Source: Octopus vulgaris
Taxonomy: Eukaryota
Length of the DNA: 64,000 nucleotides
Direction: 5' to 3'
Assembly (NCBI GenBank): GCA_951406725.2
Contig: OX597815.1
Coordinates: 146,196,001-146,260,000 of the forward strand
Shown here: positions 58,277 to 64,000 of the stretch, piece after piece
How the letters are laid out: each line of letters starts with the position of its first letter
Position numbering within the stretch: the first letter of the stretch is position 1
Translations under genes and position numbers: made by a program
Notes under the pieces: model-generated
The model's input: the letters and a program-made list of their open reading frames with translations, nothing else
Databases searched by the model: none
What the model was told of the DNA's origin: nothing

Positions 58277-58696
58277 CTGAATGGCCATGGTACGATCGGG
58301 ATTCCAGGAAATGACGGGTATTCCAACTGCGTGCGCCAACTGAGTTACATAACTCCCCGCAGAGGGGTCCCCTTGTAATATGACTTGGTTGTTAATATAC
58401 ATTATGGCTATGGTATTGTTCCGAAAGAAATCATTGCAAAAAGCATCCAGTATTTCTTTAGTACTCCCAGATTTAATAGACTGTAGGTAACCGGTTGGTT
58501 TAAATGGCAGTTGTTTGCGTCGATATTGATTGATTGAGCGTATAATATATCCAATGAGTTGAGATTTCTTAAAAGGGCTCTCAGGTACTAATACAGCCAT
58601 ACTAACTGTCGGTGGTGTTCCTTGGTTGAGACTTTCAATAGCTGATAAATTCAATGCAATAAACAGCAGTAAGATACAAGTATTAATATGGGCCAT
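58277..58696 (-). CDS. Nmdar2: First coding exon of an NMDA-type ionotropic glutamate receptor subunit (GluN2/NR2-like): signal peptide plus start of the amino-terminal domain
   Basis: ATG in good Kozak context (cacaacATGG) and hydrophobic signal peptide (MAHINTCILLLFIALNLSAIES). The motif 'YVTQLAHAVGIPVISWNPD' resembles the 'LGIPVISWNAD' segment of invertebrate NR2 amino-terminal domains. The exon ends at a canonical CAG|GTAAGT donor after exactly 140 codons (phase 0). Subunit assignment rests on motif recall, not a search. Confidence 0.78.
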
Positions 58697-60289
58697 GTTG
58701 TGAGTTTATATAAGTATTTTCTTTTATTTCACAACTCGGCCAAACCCTTTTTTGATGACAATATGATTTTAGAATAAGATCAAATGAATTATATATATAT
58801 ATAATGTTTGAAACTAGAATAAAATATATCACAACATCATTCTGAATTTTCTTTACGAAGCCAGAGGATACATATCTGTATATCGACACATACTCACACA
58901 CCTACCGTCATAGGTGCCAGCATACACAAATATAAATATTTATATTTTTCAGACAGAGAAGAACGAATAGATGAAGAAATACCAATATAGATAGAGACAA
59001 TACCTTTCAGTATGAAACAGGCACTTTCTATCTCATTGTATCATTTGTATTCTCCAGCATATATTCATTTTTACTGCGTATCATATGCTCTGGCACGACA
59101 TATGACAACTCTACTGACCAATGATCAATAACTGGCTTGGGGATTTGCTTTCAAATAAGTGGTGTTGGAATAAATAAACAGAAAGTGGGAAATTTTCTAT
59201 AAACGAAAATATTAATTGTGGAAAACTAAAATAAGCTGAAATAATTTCATATTCTCGGCGGAAAAACGAAACATATACCAGAACAGTTTAAAATATCCAT
59301 CGAGTATGCTTGACACCATTTCAACCCAGACATTGATGTATATTCTAGATGAGGGACTACACCATCAAGATGAATCGGATGTCAGATGTAACTTTGGAAA
59401 CACGTGATATGTTGCTCGTTTCCGCATCTCCGGTCACTGAACACTAATGTACATCATTCATCGCAAGTTGGCTTTTATTTCCAGCTAAAAAAACCGCTTA
59501 TTCAGTGTTCCCATCGGCAGCTACAAGTATAAAAAGAGAGGTGAAGAAAGAATTATTAATCTCGTTACGTAAATGAATGTCTGAAAACAAATCATTGAAG
59601 TAAACAAGAACAATATATTTAATAGGAGTTTAAAATATACAGAAAATATTTTCTCTTTCTTTTAAGAGTTATATTGACATAAAAGATTTATTCTCATACA
59701 AACTCTCTAAAATGATACATACAGAATATATATATATATACTTGATAGTATCGATATTTAAATATCGATATTATCCTTATTTATAAATTTATATAGTTCG
59801 TCACTATATTTACTGCGGTGTTTATTTTGACCATATCGCGCCTATGAGGTGGTTGGCAGGCGATTTAAACTGGCCTTGTACATAGTGCATATATATGTAT
59901 GTATGGACCTTCGTATATGTAAGTATAAACATGTGTTCTGTATATATATATTTGTACTTATGTTCCCATCTGATATATTCAACTGATGAAGGCAGAGCTT
60001 ATTTGAAGCAAATCTAGAAATCCAGGATCTTGAATTATTCAGTAATATCTTTTTGCTACTCTATTCTGTCCCTCTGTCTTATCTCATGGTGCGATATGGA
60101 CATGTAAAGTGGTTTTTAGAGTCAGGGATTTGACTGCTATTTCGGCATGGTGGTGTCTCTCAGACACTCGTATTTATAGTTGTAAAAAGTTATTACCTTT
60201 GTATGGTATTTATTCCTATGCTGGCCACTTGATAGTATCGATATTTAAATATATATATATTGCATATATATCATACATATATGATGTAT

Positions 60290-60321
<32 letters not shown>

Positions 60322-60421
60322 AATATATCATATATATAATATATCTCTTATATGTATAATATATATATTATATATATAATATATATATCTGATATATATC
60401 TTATATATCTGATTTATATCT

Positions 60422-60518
<97 letters not shown>

Positions 60519-60527
60519 TATATATTA

Positions 60528-60830
60528 TCTTATAATGATAGCTTGGGATTCAAGGGACCACATCTTTTTAATTCCCTACCACAGAACATCAGGTGTAGAA
60601 CTGTAAGGTGTAGACATGGAAGTCATCAAAAAACGTCTAAACATTTTTTTGTCTGCAATAGCGGAAGATCCGAAATCGCGGCAGTAGGCACAAAGACTAG
60701 CGGCAACGTCCAGCTCGCTATTTAGTTCACCAGATGCAATACTAGAAAAATCCTCAGATACAGTAAAGATGGTGCACCAGCATGGCTTCCACCTCTCTGG
60801 CTGAATCCCATAAAATAAATAAAAGAAACA
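60528..60830 (+). mobile_element. Degenerate CR1-group LINE 3' end
   Basis: NDSLGFKGPHLFNSLPQNIR parallels [19 protein letters not shown] of the 47.5-kb element. Ends with GGTGCACCAGCATGGC. Confidence 0.75.
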
Positions 60831-60832
60831 AA

Positions 60833-60877
<45 letters not shown>

Positions 60878-60967
60878 TCATTATATATATATATGTATAC
60901 ATATATCTATGTATATATATGTAAGTATATCTCTCCCTCTCCCTTTCTCTCTCTCCCTATATATGTG

Positions 60968-61008
<41 letters not shown>

Positions 61009-62380
61009 GTGTGTGTGTGTGTGTCTGCGTGTGCGTGTGTGTGTGTGTAAAAAGGACGGACAAGATAATAAACGTAGTAATGCATTAGTTTCGGGTTGGC
61101 ATTTCATCAAGATATTTATTTACTGTTCTGTAACAATGTAGTTACCTTTTGCCAAAAGTAAATTATCTAAGTTAAGTTCGTAGATGTGTCTGATACATCG
61201 GAATGAAGAGTTTTATAATCTTAAGTAACGTGAAAACAATAATACCTCAGCTTTGACTTGTGTCGCTTTAGCTGCGATTGATCGTATTGTAGGTGATGTG
61301 CGATAGAATGTTATATACTTATATACTTCAGATGGTAATGGAATGAATATTGAGAATGATTCGGAAATGATTGGCAGTGTGACTACCCGACATTTTCTCT
61401 TAAAACAAGATATTATTTAGATTACAGTTATGCTAGTCAATATTACTGGAACACATAAAATAAGTGATTTCGAATGATAGACAAGCCAGTCAGAATCTCT
61501 CAAGAGAAAGTAAGTAGTGATTGTAGTTATCAATATTGATAAGACGGCTTTGAAACCTGACAAAAATAAAACAAAAACAACATTCAGTTGATATTTTGTT
61601 CATCCTTATGTTTGTAAGAGAAAACCTATCTGCATTTATGTGAAAAACTATACATTGGAAATTCTTATTTGCGATCTTTGTAAAAGAAACAAAAGAAAAG
61701 AAAATAACACAAAGTGTATTTATTACGGATACAAGGAACCCCCATGCTACTGAGAATGACTATAATGTTATTTTATATTTCATTTAAAAAAATACAAAAT
61801 ATATCGTGGGAAGCAAGTCAATGCAATAAAACTCGGAAAACTATGTCTACAGATTTATATGTCAGTGATATTATCTATACAAATAAATTGATAATAAAAT
61901 CAAACCTCCATAGAGATATTGTGTAAGTTATGAAGCATAGTGTTAGCAATTTCAAGTTTATTCGGAATCTAATATATCGGAGATAATTATCTTTGCCCTT
62001 TAGGCCAATGCATTGGTGAAATATTACAGTAGTGAACTTTAAAAAAAATATTTTCTAATATTGAGTTATCTCCCATTATATCCAGAACAGGATTCCCACT
62101 GGGTTTTACAATATTTTCCTTCTAGCAAACCTCGGAATGAAATTCTAGTTGAACGAAAGAAAAAGACTATATGGACCAGGTAATCATAGGAAACCAACTA
62201 TTTTCAAAACAGAATGCACAATCCGATCCCTACCCACGACCCTAACAAAAAAACCCCCATAAAACAAACAAAGCGAGAGGCAAAAAACAAAAACAAAAAA
62301 ACAAGAAAACAAATAAACATTTGAAATGTGCATATCTGAAAATAGAATGAGACGGCAATATATATATATATGTCTGTGTG

Positions 62381-62461
<81 letters not shown>

Positions 62462-62486
62462 GTATATATATGTATATATATATATG

Positions 62487-62545
<59 letters not shown>

Positions 62546-62606
62546 GTATATATATATATATGTATGTATAAATATATATACATGTATGTATATATATATA
62601 TATATA

Positions 62607-62776
62607 TGATTGATTGATTCCAGTTCCAGCCTATGAGCTGTGGCCATGCTGGGGCACCGCCATTTGGTGTTGCTACTTGGTTTCACTTCATGGGGGCTTT
62701 CTAGCAACTGCTATTTGGTGCATGAGAGAGTTCGATGCAGCTGCCCTCATCTGCCCCTCCTGCCGTGAAGTTGGCA
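62607..62776 (-). mobile_element. Short CR1-group LINE 3' end
   Basis: [21 protein letters not shown] versus [21 protein letters not shown] at 47.5 kb. GGCGGTGCCCCAGCATGGCCAC motif, (AATC)n tail, (TA)n flanks. Confidence 0.8.
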
Positions 62777-62784
62777 TATATATG

Positions 62785-62817
<33 letters not shown>

Positions 62818-62818
62818 G

Positions 62819-62902
<84 letters not shown>

Positions 62903-62906
62903 TATA

Positions 62907-63212
62907 TCACCGTGATCACCGTGACCGACCAGGCTATCAGATGTTGCTACACATCGCTGGACACAATGCGCTTAGCATTGTTTTAGCCTTCAAATGACGC
63001 CACCCCGCTGGCTAAGCGAGCAGGCCAACAGACGAAAGAGTGAGAGAAAGTTGTGCGAAAGAGTACAGCAGGGATCGCCACCACCACCTGCCGGAACCTC
63101 GTGGAGCTTTAGGTGTTTTCGCTCAATAAACACTCACAACGCCCGGTCAGGGAATGGAAACCGCGATCCTACGACCGCAAGTTCGCTGCCCTAACCACTG
63201 GGCCATTGCACA
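62907..63212 (-). mobile_element. SINE family C, tail type 2
   Basis: Minus head TGGCCCAGTGGTTAGGGCAGCG...GGTTTCCATTCC. The 3' part is unrelated to that of 41135-41340. Confidence 0.8.
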
Positions 63213-63327
63213 AGAGGGGAAAAAAAATTTTTTTTTAAATTTTCTAATATTCTTCAGACATATTGACGCAAATATATATATTTTTTAACATTCAAGCCTT
63301 CTGTCGTTTTTTCACTCTACTATTTTC

Positions 63328-63364
<37 letters not shown>

Positions 63365-63491
63365 CAAGATTAATCAGCCGAAATTGCGAGGATGATCCGA
63401 TTCTTGACTGAAGATTAGAGGCTTCGAATGACCCGTCCGTTTTTTGTGTCGTCTCTTTGAGTGCTTTTCGTTCTTGTCCCATTTTGTAATG

Positions 63492-63539
<48 letters not shown>

Positions 63540-63545
<6 letters not shown>

Positions 63546-63700
63546 CAAACACAAGAAAACACCAACAACTCCAGGATGTGTTACATGAAAAGTATTAGCA
63601 GACGCTGAGAGAAAGAAAGGTGGTTTTACGTTTCGAGCGAAGCTCTTTGTCAGATACAGGGGGCGGTGGAAAGTCCAAGAGAAAAAATACGCCAATGATC
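63540..63700 (-). mobile_element. Relative of the 33261-33440 element with a mutated minimal hammerhead
   Basis: Minus strand reads CTGACAA-A-GAGC-ttc-GCTC-GAAA-CGTA (63653-63627), with core G8 changed to A. The downstream pyrimidine-rich/GTT-rich segment is similar to the 33.3-kb copy. Abuts (TA)n. Confidence 0.55.
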
Positions 63701-64000
63701 CACATGTGGTTACATTCATACGCACGGCCGCACACATACTAACCACACCCTTGGCTATCCCAACGCACCCGCACACACACCAACTCATCACACTCTCTCT
63801 TACGCATAATATGCAGTTTAATGCTCAAAAATTCCAAGCCCTTCGCTACCAGCGTCCAAAACTGGAAAAGGGTGGCCAAACAATTTTAGGTGTAAAGAAA
63901 TCATTTATAAGGTATAAATTATATTTATGGCGTGTTAACAGACCTTTATATGAAATCCTTTAAATGTTTTCTTACTTCTATAATACTTGTCATTCAATCC

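Noticed and set aside
63130-63212. tRNA-like sequences (also 41450-41525, 55589-55680)
   Set aside because: These are SINE heads followed by SINE bodies, with no complete cloverleaf.

Overview
AT-rich, microsatellite-saturated eukaryotic DNA, most likely from a cephalopod (Octopus-like, inferred from the SINE repertoire and repeat density). Almost all ORFs in the supplied track are artefacts of (TA)n/(CA)n/(TAA)n repeats. The only host-gene coding sequence I can support is the first coding exon of an NMDA-type glutamate receptor subunit (GluN2/NR2-like, minus strand, 58696-58277). I found no second exon, so most of the window is probably one intron of more than 58 kb. It is filled with tRNA-derived SINEs, CR1-, RTE-, Tx1/L1- and R4/Dong-clade LINE fragments, a mariner relic, a non-autonomous Helitron and a gypsy relic. 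The most notable observation is a set of small (TA)n-embedded elements carrying type I hammerhead ribozyme folds. One is an apparently exact tandem pair (period 592 nt, 39546-40529) with palindromic stem III, the layout expected for a dimeric hammerhead in a Penelope-type repeat or retrozyme that could release a 592-nt RNA monomer. All calls are by eye, without database searches, and element boundaries are approximate.
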